Positions 1 to 10,373 of a stretch of 64,000 bases of DNA are shown piece after piece. Each line of letters opens with the position of its first letter. Positions within the stretch are counted from its first letter, which is position 1. Origin of the DNA: Bacteroidota bacterium (GTDB lineage Bacteria; Bacteroidota; Bacteroidia; JAFLBG01). Below the pieces are notes generated by a model. It saw only the letters and a program-made list of their open reading frames with translations. It was not told where the DNA came from and did no database searches. The position numbers and the translations under genes are program-made. The stretch is taken from positions 39,353-103,352 of the forward strand of contig JAFLBG010000005.1 in assembly GCA_017303975.1 (NCBI GenBank), read 5' to 3'.

Positions 1-92
1 ATACCAAGTACAATCTCCAATAGAGAGAGGGTAATTAAACTAATTAATGATGCAAGTGTAAAAAGCTCGCTAAAATCTTGTGCTAAATGCAT
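1..92 (-). CDS. possible 5' end of a gene running off the window start; N-terminus MHLAQDFSELFTLASLISLITLSLLEIVLG is hydrophobic, as in a signal peptide or TM segment
   Basis: ATG at 92..90 on the - strand, open for 30 codons to position 1; AACTTTAAACTT motif (109..120 on +) lies 16 nt upstream. Short, so could be chance. Confidence 0.2.
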   Translation of the reverse strand, partial: MHLAQDFSELFTLASLISLITLSLLEIVLG

Positions 93-387
93 ACGGTATA
101 AAAATTAAAAGTTTAAAGTTATAGAGTTTAAAGCTCTATGCTAATTAATTAGACAAATTTTTTGCCGCTGGCTATCAACTACTTACAACATACTTAAACC
201 CTATATTATGGGATGGTTAAGTAACCGAAGCAAATGATACAAGTAAAGGCATCGAAAAAACAGCAACAATCCATTTAAGAGAAATTGCTTTTCAAATTGA
301 CAAAGATGTGAAGAGCTCTCTCTTTTTTTGAAAAACGACCAAAAACTGGCTATCTTATATTGCTAATTAAAACATGCATGTAAAGCA

Positions 388-1869
388 ATGAAGGAATCTA
401 AAGAATTATTCGACCTTATTAAGAAGCTATCAAAAAATGAAAAAATCTATTTTAAAAGATTTTCGATGGGGATTGCGGGCAAGGAGAATAAATACCTTAT
501 GCTTTTTGATGAAATTGAAAAACAAAAAATCTATAACGAAGATGTAGTTAAAGAAAATTTAAATAAAACAGAGTATACCCAAGCCCTGCACGTTGTAAAA
601 AAATACCTATACAACAGAATTTTAGAGGCATTGAAAATATACGACAAATCTCAACATCCTACAATTGAGGTAATAAATACACGCAACGAAGCTGAAATCC
701 TTATTCGAAAAGGATTGGTTTTTCAAGCCACTAAAAAGCTATTAGAAGCAAAAGAGATTGCACTTTCAGGAGATTTAATTAGTGAGTGTATGCAAATAAA
801 CACTCGTTTAATTGATTTGTCTGTTTTCTTTCAAAGCAAGCTGTATGACAAAAAAGAGTTAGCAAAAGAAAACTACCGATTATCAGTTGAGTCTAAACAC
901 ATATCCTACTTTTCGCTGCTATACGAAGATTTGCTTAAAATACATCGTTTAAAAAACAACAAGCTACTATCAGCTGTTGAGAAAGATAAAATCACCATTG
1001 AAAAAATAAATAAGTACACACCTCTTTTCAATATCACTCGTATTGAGCAACTAAAATGCTTAACAGCTTTTTATATAATCTCCGACATACCGGAAAAAGC
1101 CTATGAATGTCAGTTACAGCTAATCGAGTTATTTGAAAAAAATCCTACACTTAAAGAAAATAAAATACAAGAGTATGTTCGTGCCCTGCACAATTTAAGC
1201 AATACAGAGAGGCTAACCAACAGACACAAAGAATTTGATGCCATTACACAAAAACTAGAAGATTTATTTAACTCCGATTCACCTTACTCAGATCATATCA
1301 AATCGATTGTATACCCTTCTTTGATTGTAAATAAACTAAACAGCCACATCAACAACAAACAAAAAAACGAATTATTAAAGACAGTTGAGTTTGCGGAAGA
1401 GACCTATGAAACGTATCAAAATTATGTGGCATACAACAGGCAGTTTTTTATAAAATTCAATTTAATAAAATCGTACATCTACTTAAACAAATTTAACAAT
1501 GCGTTATTATGGTTAAATACCATTGATGATACCAAAAAATCCGATTTCGATATTATTTCAAACTATTCATACAACCTTCTTAAGTTGATTTGCTTGTACG
1601 AAACAGGCAAATTCGATTTACTGGCCCTAGATGTAGATAAGGCGAAAAGAGTATTTAAAAAACTAAATCAATACGATGAGTTTGAAAAAAATATAATATC
1701 CATTTTTAAATATATACTAAAAACATACGATTTAACTTCGGATGAAGTTGTTCCATACACAGAGAAAATTTTAGCCAACCCGAAAATAAATTTATTAAAG
1801 GAAGTGATTGATATAAGGGCTTGGATAATCGCACATCAAAATAAAAAAACTATTTGGGAGTGCTTGTAA
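388..1869 (+). CDS. hypothetical protein, 493 aa, K/E/L/N-rich and predicted helical, no signal peptide, no recognisable catalytic motif
   Basis: long uninterrupted ORF with a coding-like composition; no motif I can assign. Confidence 0.6.
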   Translation: MKESKELFDLIKKLSKNEKIYFKRFSMGIAGKENKYLMLFDEIEKQKIYNEDVVKENLNKTEYTQALHVVKKYLYNRILEALKIYDKSQHPTIEVINTRNEAEILIRKGLVFQATKKLLEAKEIALSGDLISECMQINTRLIDLSVFFQSKLYDKKELAKENYRLSVESKHISYFSLLYEDLLKIHRLKNNKLLSAVEKDKITIEKINKYTPLFNITRIEQLKCLTAFYIISDIPEKAYECQLQLIELFEKNPTLKENKIQEYVRALHNLSNTERLTNRHKEFDAITQKLEDLFNSDSPYSDHIKSIVYPSLIVNKLNSHINNKQKNELLKTVEFAEETYETYQNYVAYNRQFFIKFNLIKSYIYLNKFNNALLWLNTIDDTKKSDFDIISNYSYNLLKLICLYETGKFDLLALDVDKAKRVFKKLNQYDEFEKNIISIFKYILKTYDLTSDEVVPYTEKILANPKINLLKEVIDIRAWIIAHQNKKTIWECL

Positions 1870-1905
1870 TCTAAACACAGCGCAGCTTTATCGCGTATAG
1901 AAAAA

Positions 1906-2790
1906 TCAGTCTTTATTTATAACCAATCTCCTTAAAAGCCCTAACTGTTCGGCTATTAAGCCTAACAAAAAAAGAAATATGGATACAGTAAAGCCGAGCA
2001 AAGCTCCAACACTTAATCCGTTGCCTCTTAAAAAAATTGGAATTTCCCAAGCCAACGACAGCAGTGCAATAAGAACAGAGAGTGTTAAAAAAATACGCAT
2101 TGGATTAAATAACATAACAATATTTAATATTTCCATAATGGTATCAAAAGCAGTTTTAATGCCAATTGTACTTTTACCTGCCATGCGCTGATTGATGGTG
2201 ATAGGTGTTTCAACAACTAAATGTTTTTGACTGATAAATATCAATGTAATTATATCGCTATATGCCATTGAATTGGGACACAAGTGCAAATATTTTTTTG
2301 CCATTGGAACAGAATACAACTTCATTCCGGAATTTAAATCCTTTATGTGAAGTGGCATTAAAAATTTAGCTGTTTTTCGAATAATCCATTTCCCGGTTTC
2401 GCGAAATCTATGATTATATCCACCGGCTCTATTTCCCACAACCATATCCGCATCTGTCGATTTTAAAACAGATACCATTTTTTCAATATCCTCTAAATTG
2501 TGTTGTCCGTCTGCATCAATTGTAATTACATACTTGGAAGCACAAGCTTCAATTCCCGATTTTATAGCACCTCCGTATCCCCTATTTACCTTGTGGTGTA
2601 TTACTCTAAATATTGGATAATCCAACAGAAATGCATCTAACACCAATTTGCTTGCATCCGTAGAACCATCGTTTACAACAACTAGAGAAAAGTTGTGTTT
2701 TTTAGAAAACGCCAAAACAGTGGGCAGCAAATGCTTTAACGATTGTTCTTCATTATAAGATGGGATAACTATGGTAAGTAATGATTCCAA
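1906..2790 (-). CDS. family 2 glycosyltransferase, GtrB/DPM1-like polyprenol-phosphate glycosyltransferase with C-terminal TM helices
   Basis: N-terminal IPSYNEE...VVVNDGSTD GT2 signature, DxD region (IDADGQH), two C-terminal hydrophobic helices; 1-nt gap to the upstream gene on the same strand. Confidence 0.8.
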   Translation of the reverse strand: MESLLTIVIPSYNEEQSLKHLLPTVLAFSKKHNFSLVVVNDGSTDASKLVLDAFLLDYPIFRVIHHKVNRGYGGAIKSGIEACASKYVITIDADGQHNLEDIEKMVSVLKSTDADMVVGNRAGGYNHRFRETGKWIIRKTAKFLMPLHIKDLNSGMKLYSVPMAKKYLHLCPNSMAYSDIITLIFISQKHLVVETPITINQRMAGKSTIGIKTAFDTIMEILNIVMLFNPMRIFLTLSVLIALLSLAWEIPIFLRGNGLSVGALLGFTVSIFLFLLGLIAEQLGLLRRLVINKD

Positions 2791-2791
2791 G

Positions 2792-5722
2792 CTAATTCAA
2801 ATATTGATAAACAACTTTTAATATAGAATTCCGAATACCACTTTTTGCTAATTTATTTTCATCTGCATTAGGATAAACCCTATTAGACAAAAAAACATAT
2901 ACCAATTCACTTGCAGGATCAACCCATGTCATGGTGCCAGTAAATCCGGTGTGTCCATAACTTAAATACGACACACAATCACATACGGGACTATCTTTAG
3001 CCGAGTCGGTTTCCGGCTTATCAAATCCAAGCCCACGTCTATTACTTACACAATATTGGCATTTTGTAAATTCATTTACAACCGAAGAATCTAAATATCT
3101 ATTACCTCCGTAATCTCCTTTTTGTAACAACATTTGCATTAAAATCCCCAAATCATTCGCATTCGAAAACAAACCTGCATGACCTGCAACTCCTCCCAGC
3201 ATAGCAGCTCCAGGGTCATGAACATCACCAACTACCAATTGTTTTCTAAATTTAGTATCGTTCTCCGTTGGTACTATATTGGTTACATCTATTTTTTCTC
3301 TTGGTTTATATCCCAAAGTACTTAAGCCAAGCGGGGAATAAAACATTCTTTCATTGTACTTGTCTATAGATATTTGAGTATCCTTCTCGATAATTCGTTG
3401 CAAAAAATAATATCCCAAATCACTGTATTTATATTTTTTTTCTCCAAGTGGAGATTTTACAATTGCATTGTAAATGCTATCCGAGTAGGACCTTGTTATA
3501 TACAAATTTTCTGCCACCCGAACAGGAAACGAATCTGTTTGAGTAGAGCTGTAAATTGATTTTTTGTATTCTCCCTTACTCATTGTTTTAGGCCAAAACA
3601 AAAGCCAAGCGGGTAATCCGGCTTGATGGGTAAGCATTTCTCGAAGTATTATATCTTGCTTGTTTGTTCCAACTAACTCCGGCAAATAAGTAGATAGCTT
3701 TTCATCTAAGTTTATTCCTTTTTTTTCTACCAGACTCATCATTGCAATAGCAGAGGATGCTATTTTAGTAATAGACGCTAAATCATATACATCCGTATTT
3801 CTAACAGGGGTCTTATTTTCGTAGGTATGATAACCAAAAGATTTGTTGTAAAGCACCTTACCTTCTTTTGCAATAAAAACTTGACATCCCGGATACACAT
3901 GCTCCTTTATACCATTCAATACGATAGAGTCTATCCTGGCCAACTGCAACTCCTTTACACCAAACTCTTCAGGAATCGTATATTTTAATCGCACAGATTT
4001 TGCACTTGTAATACCATCGCCTTGCTTAAAATAATCACTCACAGAAACAGGAAGTTTTCCATTTGCTCTAATGCCTCCAAAAATAATTTGAGCCGATGCA
4101 TCTTGCATGTAATAAGTATCTTCATAAGACATCAACAAAGCATCTACTTTCTCTGCTTCATTAAATTTTCCAAGAATATAGGAGTTTGCAAATATATTCA
4201 ACACAACACGTCCCATCCTCTGCTGACGAAGTACTTTAAGCAAATATTCTGTTTGTGGTGTCAGTCCAAAATCCTTTTTGGGACTATTGCTAACACTCGA
4301 AAAATTTACAATAAACGTATTATACTTTTTTAGCTTGCTTAGTAATGAATCGTAATTTTCTTTTCGTGCATCTTTATCAATTGCAAATAAATCAACTTTT
4401 GCATAGTTCTTTAGTACGTTCTGAAAAACATTTGTTTGCCCGTTGTCTATTGATATTGCTGCAATCCGCAAGGTATCTAAATTTTTAAGTGGAATTAATT
4501 CGCTTTTGTTTTTTAATATCGTAACGGATGCTTCTGCTAATTTTCTATTTACCAGTTCTGCATTTCTATTATTCAAATCGGTTGTCAGATTCTCCAATTT
4601 AATAGGCTTAATTTTATCCAAGCCACACCATTTCTTTACTGCTAATATTTTTTTACAGCGCATATCAATCTCCTCCTGTGTAATTTCACCTCGCTCAACG
4701 GCTTTTTTAATTTCTTCTATCGCCCTTGGAACATTTTCTGCAAATAACAATACATCATTTCCGGCTATAAGCGCTTTCACATCTACCATTCCGGGCTCAT
4801 AAAATTTACTTACACCCTTCATATTCAATGCATCAGTAAAAATCAGTCCTTTAAAATTTAATTTATTCTTAAGCAAATCGGTAACAATATATTTACTAAG
4901 CGTAGATGCCTTGTTAGCTGTAGAATCTAGAGATGGAACAAATAAGTGGGCAACCATTATACTTCCCAACCCTTGCTCTATTAATTTCTTAAACGGGTAT
5001 AACTCTAGGCTGTCTATGCGCTCTGCAGATTGATTAATTACGGGCAATGTTTTATGAGAATCACTATCGGTATCTCCATGCCCAGGAAAATGCTTACCTG
5101 TAGCAAGAATGTGATTGTCCTGCATTCCTTTCATATACGCAATGGACTTATTAGCTACGTTTTCTTTATTCTCTCCAAAGGAACGACTACCAATCACAGG
5201 ATTTAATGGATTGTTATTCACATCTGCATCGGGAGCAAAGTTAATATGAATACCTAATCGCTTGCATTCGTAGGCTATCTCTTGCCCCATTTGATAAATA
5301 AGTGTATCATTTTGAATTGCACCAAGTGCCATTTGTCTAGGGAAACGAGGTGTACTATCTAATCGCATTGACAACCCCCATTCTCCATCAATAGAAATTA
5401 GTAGTGGAACTTTAGCTGCTTTCTGATATTTATTGGTCAATATAGCCTGACGCACCGGGCCTCCTTGAAAAAAAATAAGTCCACCTATTTTTTGATCTTT
5501 TACAAGTTTTAAAATTTCTTCTTCGTGTTTTTTATCCTTATTAGAATAAGCCGCAACCATAAACAACTGCGCTATACGTTCGTCCGGAGTTAATTTGGAA
5601 AAAACAGAATCTACCCACCTATCATTGATAGTGCTTAAAACAGGATGATTCGCATTGTCGTTTGCAGTAAAAGAAACAAACAACAATAATAATGGAACTA
5701 GGTATTTTATGTACTTATGCAT
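2792..5722 (-). CDS. GH3 beta-N-acetylhexosaminidase (NagZ-like) fused to a C-terminal beta-lactamase-fold serine hydrolase domain; signal peptide present
   Basis: N-terminal half carries NagZ/GH3 motifs (RIAQLFMV, GGLIFFQGG, KHFPGHGDTDSDSHKTLP); C-terminal half carries a class-C/PBP-like SxxK motif (DLASITKIASS) plus YxN-like and HxG regions; N-terminal hydrophobic leader. Confidence 0.85.
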   Translation of the reverse strand: MHKYIKYLVPLLLLFVSFTANDNANHPVLSTINDRWVDSVFSKLTPDERIAQLFMVAAYSNKDKKHEEEILKLVKDQKIGGLIFFQGGPVRQAILTNKYQKAAKVPLLISIDGEWGLSMRLDSTPRFPRQMALGAIQNDTLIYQMGQEIAYECKRLGIHINFAPDADVNNNPLNPVIGSRSFGENKENVANKSIAYMKGMQDNHILATGKHFPGHGDTDSDSHKTLPVINQSAERIDSLELYPFKKLIEQGLGSIMVAHLFVPSLDSTANKASTLSKYIVTDLLKNKLNFKGLIFTDALNMKGVSKFYEPGMVDVKALIAGNDVLLFAENVPRAIEEIKKAVERGEITQEEIDMRCKKILAVKKWCGLDKIKPIKLENLTTDLNNRNAELVNRKLAEASVTILKNKSELIPLKNLDTLRIAAISIDNGQTNVFQNVLKNYAKVDLFAIDKDARKENYDSLLSKLKKYNTFIVNFSSVSNSPKKDFGLTPQTEYLLKVLRQQRMGRVVLNIFANSYILGKFNEAEKVDALLMSYEDTYYMQDASAQIIFGGIRANGKLPVSVSDYFKQGDGITSAKSVRLKYTIPEEFGVKELQLARIDSIVLNGIKEHVYPGCQVFIAKEGKVLYNKSFGYHTYENKTPVRNTDVYDLASITKIASSAIAMMSLVEKKGINLDEKLSTYLPELVGTNKQDIILREMLTHQAGLPAWLLFWPKTMSKGEYKKSIYSSTQTDSFPVRVAENLYITRSYSDSIYNAIVKSPLGEKKYKYSDLGYYFLQRIIEKDTQISIDKYNERMFYSPLGLSTLGYKPREKIDVTNIVPTENDTKFRKQLVVGDVHDPGAAMLGGVAGHAGLFSNANDLGILMQMLLQKGDYGGNRYLDSSVVNEFTKCQYCVSNRRGLGFDKPETDSAKDSPVCDCVSYLSYGHTGFTGTMTWVDPASELVYVFLSNRVYPNADENKLAKSGIRNSILKVVYQYLN

Positions 5723-5876
5723 CTCTCTTGCAATTTATAAAACTAGCATACACAATTATTGTGCCTCACTTGATACTTATTAACATTAGAAATTGAAAAA
5801 CAAAGTCAAAACAATTTTCTTTTACTAACTTCATCATACAATAGACATTGAATACCATTAAACCAATATTGCCACA

Positions 5877-6377
5877 ATGAAAATAAGCTTAATTGCTGCA
5901 ATAGCCACCAACAACGCAATCGGCAAAGACAACAATTTGCTATGGCACTTGCCTGCCGACATGAAAATTTTTAAAGAAAAAACAACAGGACATTGTATTG
6001 TAACAGGGCGAAAAAACTATGAATCAATCCCCGAAAAATTTCGACCTCTGCCCAATCGCACAAATATTGTAATAACCAGAAATCCTAATTACAACGCTCC
6101 GGGAGCAATAGTGGCGAGCTCTGTACAAGAAGCCATTGAAATAGCCAAACAAAAAGGAGAATCAGAATTATTCATAATTGGTGGGGCTGAAATTTACAAA
6201 CAAACAATAGATATAGCAGACACTCTTTATATAACTCATGTTGACGGTACATTTGAGGCAGATGCTTTTTTCCCAGAAATAACAAGTAGTTGGAAACAAA
6301 TTGAAAAAAGAGACTATGTGCAGGATGAAAAAAACAAATACAACTTCTCGCTTATAGAATACACTAAAACTATTTAG
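5877..6377 (+). CDS. folA: dihydrofolate reductase
   Basis: ISLIAAIATNNAIGKDNNLLWHLPADMKIF aligns with the E. coli FolA N-terminus; typical 166 aa length. Confidence 0.9.
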   Translation: MKISLIAAIATNNAIGKDNNLLWHLPADMKIFKEKTTGHCIVTGRKNYESIPEKFRPLPNRTNIVITRNPNYNAPGAIVASSVQEAIEIAKQKGESELFIIGGAEIYKQTIDIADTLYITHVDGTFEADAFFPEITSSWKQIEKRDYVQDEKNKYNFSLIEYTKTI

Positions 6378-8364
6378 TAATTATTCTTCCTAATAGGGCA
6401 TTAAAAGCCTTTTTGGCTTCTAATAACTGTTGTTGCTCGGCCAACAAATCCATTAAGTCGTCCGTGTTTTCTGTTGTTTTTATTTTATCTTGAATTGCAT
6501 GAATCATCAATTCAAGCTTTTTAGATTTTAAAGAGTAGATGGCATTTTGTACCGACTTGCGTAAAACACCTTCTTCTTTCTGAACAATAATACCGTGCCG
6601 TTCCCAGTTCAAACTCAACTCGTACGGAGAACTAATTAAACTGATAGCAACAGTAGCTATATCTTTATCCGAGTGATTAGTAAAGAAAGAATTTGTTAGT
6701 TCTTCCATGGACTTAACCGCAAACAAATCAAATATCTTTTGATAGCTATCGTTTTCGAATTTTATACCATCGTGCTGCAGCTCGTGTACAATCCATTCTG
6801 CAACTTGCAATTCTGTTGTTTTCTCAGGATCATCATCTACTTCAAAGGAAACTTTTGAACCACCATATACGAGCAATAACCGTATAATATCTTTCTCTTG
6901 AAATTCGCACTCATTTAGGTTCAGAGATTTGGAGGAAGTTGCAATTTCTTCGAAAGCTATATTCTCGGGCAAACTAGAAACATCCGAAGCCACCTGTTTT
7001 TCAGAAGCGTTTTCTTTTTGTTGTTTAGTTGATGATATTTTTCTTCTTGCCTTATTCAGCTCGTTCATCAACACAAGCTCCTCCAAGTGCATTAATCTGC
7101 TACACTCTTTTACATACAACGACCGAGTAATAGAATCAGGAATGCGCGCAATACTCTCCACAATATCGTGTATCAACCCCGCCTTTTTAATCGGGTCGTT
7201 AGCTGCATCCTTATATAAAATGGATGTTTTAAAAGAAATAAAATCTTTCGAATTTATTTTGATAAAATTTTTCAGCTCATCTTTGCCCGTCTTTTTTGAA
7301 TACGAATCTGGATCTTCTCCATCGGGGAATAGCAGCACTTTTACATTCATGCCTTCTTCCAAAATCATATCAATACCTCTGAAACTAGCTTTGATACCAG
7401 CAAAATCGCCATCGTACAAAATGGTAATATTATTGGTGTAGCGTTTTATCAGTTTAATTTGATCTACCGTAAGTGATGTGCCGGACGAAGCCACCACATT
7501 CTCTATTCCTGCCTGATGCATTGATATTACATCGGTGTAACCCTCTACCAAAAAACAAGAATCTTCTTGCACGATTGATTTTTTTGCAAAAAACAAACCG
7601 TATAAAACTTTGCTCTTGTTGTATATATCCGACTCTGGCGAGTTTATATATTTAGCCGCCTTTTTGTCGGTTTTTAATATCCTGCCTCCAAAACCAAGCA
7701 CTCTGCCCGTTACATTATGAATTGGAAACATCACCCTATCAAAAAAACGATCGAAAGCTCCCCTCTCTCCATCAATTACCAATCCTGTCTTAATCAAATA
7801 CTCTAGCTTATATCCTGCTTGCAGGGCTGCATTTAGTAATGCCTTTCTATCGTCAGGGCTTATTCCGAGCTGAAACTTCTTAATTGTTTCCTCCGTAAAG
7901 CCACGCTCTTTAAAATACCCAAGCCCAACGGACTTTCCAAGGTCAGTGGTAAGTAGTTGTTCGCTAAAATAATTTTGTGCAAATGTGTTTACTACAAATA
8001 AGCTTTCGCGCTCTGTTTGCTCTTCTCGAAGCACATCCAAATCTTTGGTGTACTCTTCTTCAATTTCTATGTTGTATTTTTTTGCAAGGTAGCGTAATGC
8101 CTCTGGATAGGACATTTGCTCATGATCCATCACAAAATTTACTGAATTACCGGCTTTACCACAACCAAAACATTTGTAAATACCCTTAACCGGAGACACC
8201 GTAAAAGAAGGTGTTTTCTCATCGTGAAAAGGGCAATTTCCAATAAAATTTACACCTCGTTTTTTAAGTGTAATAAAATCAGCTATTACCTCCTCCACCC
8301 GAGCGGCATCCAATATCAAATCTATGGTTGGTTTGGTAATCATACGAGTATGCAAAGGTCGCAA
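6370..8364 (-). CDS. dnaG: DNA primase
   Basis: CHC2 zinc finger (CPFHDEKTPSFTV...YKCFGCGKAGN), TOPRIM region (LVEGYTDV, YDGDFAG); overlaps the folA 3' end by 8 nt, convergent. Confidence 0.9.
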   Translation of the reverse strand: MRPLHTRMITKPTIDLILDAARVEEVIADFITLKKRGVNFIGNCPFHDEKTPSFTVSPVKGIYKCFGCGKAGNSVNFVMDHEQMSYPEALRYLAKKYNIEIEEEYTKDLDVLREEQTERESLFVVNTFAQNYFSEQLLTTDLGKSVGLGYFKERGFTEETIKKFQLGISPDDRKALLNAALQAGYKLEYLIKTGLVIDGERGAFDRFFDRVMFPIHNVTGRVLGFGGRILKTDKKAAKYINSPESDIYNKSKVLYGLFFAKKSIVQEDSCFLVEGYTDVISMHQAGIENVVASSGTSLTVDQIKLIKRYTNNITILYDGDFAGIKASFRGIDMILEEGMNVKVLLFPDGEDPDSYSKKTGKDELKNFIKINSKDFISFKTSILYKDAANDPIKKAGLIHDIVESIARIPDSITRSLYVKECSRLMHLEELVLMNELNKARRKISSTKQQKENASEKQVASDVSSLPENIAFEEIATSSKSLNLNECEFQEKDIIRLLLVYGGSKVSFEVDDDPEKTTELQVAEWIVHELQHDGIKFENDSYQKIFDLFAVKSMEELTNSFFTNHSDKDIATVAISLISSPYELSLNWERHGIIVQKEEGVLRKSVQNAIYSLKSKKLELMIHAIQDKIKTTENTDDLMDLLAEQQQLLEAKKAFNALLGRIITK

Positions 8365-8463
8365 TTAGAAATGGTAAATCATATAGAATAACCATACTAT
8401 TTACTTAACGCAAAATCAGACTAAAAAAGTCGAAAAAAAGAATTTATGGGAGCTTAAAAAATA

Positions 8464-9492
8464 TTAAAAGCTAGGTTTAGAACGGTATGCAAACGGGCTT
8501 GGATTTACATATTTCAAACAAATTTCAAAACCACCTCGTCCTGAACTTGCTTCTTTCAGCGAAGATGTATTTACATCATACGAAATTCCAAAGGCATAAT
8601 TTGCAATCTCCAACATACTTGTTACTACAAAAGCATCTTTAAACCGATAAAATCCGCCTAATGAAACGGCAGCACCTTTTACAAAGCCTGTATATTTAGA
8701 GTCTTCTTTAAGCATATAACGTGCCGCACAACCTGGAATAATTTCTTGCGATGGCCCTTGTCTGTTATACAAAAAGCTAGGAATAAGAGACACGTTGGTA
8801 TTCTTAATTCCAATTTCAGACATACCATGCACTGTTATGCGCTGATACAACTTATCATTTGCTGCACTATAAAAGGAAGTCCGAGGTTTATTAACATGGT
8901 AAATAGATGCTCCGATGCTTGCTTTAATTCCATCGTTAGAGCTTATTGTTCGTTGCGAAGTTCCATAATTCCAAACTACACCTGCACCAAAATCCGGGTA
9001 TATAAATGAACTACTTCCAACAGGTTCTCCGGTTGGTAGATTAGGGTCGTATTTACTTCCATCGTACTGATTGCCCCATTGCAACTTAGAAAAATCGATG
9101 CTTTTTTGTCCAAACCCTGCTTGCAAACCTGCGCCTAATGTACTTTTGGCAGAAGTATAAACATGGTAAGCAGCAGAAATATTTGCTTGTGTAGTTCCCA
9201 TATTGGCATCTCCAGCTACATCCCTAAAAACATTAATTCCATAGCCCAAAAAGCCTTTCTCCCAACCCTTTCTAGAGTACTTGCCATCTGCCGATACTGC
9301 ATACGTTTTATAGGGAGAAGCAACACTGCGCCACTGATCTTTATAATTTACAATTACCTGAATGTCCTTACTAGCACCTGCCATAGAAGGATTCATGGTT
9401 AATGGAGATTGCAAATATTGCGAAAAATGGATATCCTGAGCAAAGCTTGCGCAAAAATTTAGTAGAAAATAGAATGTAATTATTCTTCTCAT
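8464..9492 (-). CDS. PorP/SprF-family type IX secretion outer-membrane protein, an orphan copy
   Basis: signal peptide followed by the hallmark AQDIHFSQY...NPA N-terminus and beta-barrel-like alternating pattern; similar to ORF 26376..27395. Confidence 0.8.
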   Translation of the reverse strand: MRRIITFYFLLNFCASFAQDIHFSQYLQSPLTMNPSMAGASKDIQVIVNYKDQWRSVASPYKTYAVSADGKYSRKGWEKGFLGYGINVFRDVAGDANMGTTQANISAAYHVYTSAKSTLGAGLQAGFGQKSIDFSKLQWGNQYDGSKYDPNLPTGEPVGSSSFIYPDFGAGVVWNYGTSQRTISSNDGIKASIGASIYHVNKPRTSFYSAANDKLYQRITVHGMSEIGIKNTNVSLIPSFLYNRQGPSQEIIPGCAARYMLKEDSKYTGFVKGAAVSLGGFYRFKDAFVVTSMLEIANYAFGISYDVNTSSLKEASSGRGGFEICLKYVNPSPFAYRSKPSF

Positions 9493-9605
9493 TTGGCTAT
9501 TTCTTATCGTTTCGAATCTAATATAATAGTTTATAGGTTAATAAACAATACTTGAATATACTCTTTTGGAGTAAGTAAACTTGTTTTATTATCTTATTTT
9601 TAGGT

Positions 9606-10346
9606 ATGCAAATACTTGGAATAATTCCTGCTCGCTATGCTTCTACCCGATTTCCGGGAAAACCTTTAATTGACATTGCCGGAAAAAGCATGATACAAAG
9701 GGTGTACGAGCAATGTTTAAAATCAAATTTGCTAAGTACTGTTTATGTTGCTACAGACGACATTCGTATTGCAGAGCACATAACCCAATTTGGAGGAAAT
9801 GTTGTAATGACATCGGAACAGCACACTTGTGGCACAGAAAGATGTTTTGAAACACTTACTCAACTGGGAGAAAAAGAATATGATGTTGTAATAAATATAC
9901 AAGGAGATGAGCCTTTTATTAATCCGGAACAAATAGATATGTTGTGTAGCTGCTTTGATTCAGAACGTGTCGAAATTGCTACACTCGCAAAAAAATTAAA
10001 CAATTCGTCCGATTTATTTAATCCTACTATTCCTAAAGTAGTACTAAACAATGTACATAATGCGATTTACTTTAGTCGACAGGCAATACCATATCTACGT
10101 GGGATAGAAGAAAACGAATGGATAAATAATCATATTTACTTTAAACACATTGGCATTTATGGCTACCGAAGCGATATTCTTAAAGAAATTGTTAGCCTAC
10201 CTGCGGGAAAACTAGAAAAAGCAGAATCTTTAGAACAATTGAGATGGCTTGAAAACGGGTACAAAATAAAAGTGGCAATTACGAATTTCGAAAGTATTTC
10301 GATAGACACACCTGCAGATTTAGAAAGAGCATTAAAAATGATTTAA
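9606..10346 (+). CDS. kdsB: 3-deoxy-manno-octulosonate cytidylyltransferase (CMP-KDO synthetase)
   Basis: IIPARYASTRFPGKPL N-terminal signature, 246 aa. Confidence 0.9.
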   Translation: MQILGIIPARYASTRFPGKPLIDIAGKSMIQRVYEQCLKSNLLSTVYVATDDIRIAEHITQFGGNVVMTSEQHTCGTERCFETLTQLGEKEYDVVINIQGDEPFINPEQIDMLCSCFDSERVEIATLAKKLNNSSDLFNPTIPKVVLNNVHNAIYFSRQAIPYLRGIEENEWINNHIYFKHIGIYGYRSDILKEIVSLPAGKLEKAESLEQLRWLENGYKIKVAITNFESISIDTPADLERALKMI

Positions 10347-10373
10347 TAATTAAAAACGTATACATCTAACAAC

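Noticed and set aside
1870-1905. Possible terminator between the convergent 493-aa ORF and the GT2 gene
   Set aside because: Only a weak, interrupted GC stem (CAGCGCAGC...GCGCGTA) with no convincing T-run. Not reported as a terminator.
6929-8189. + strand ORFs (6929..7441, 7473..7655, 7977..8189) inside dnaG
   Set aside because: They are antisense to a well-supported primase gene and have no motifs. Chance ORFs.
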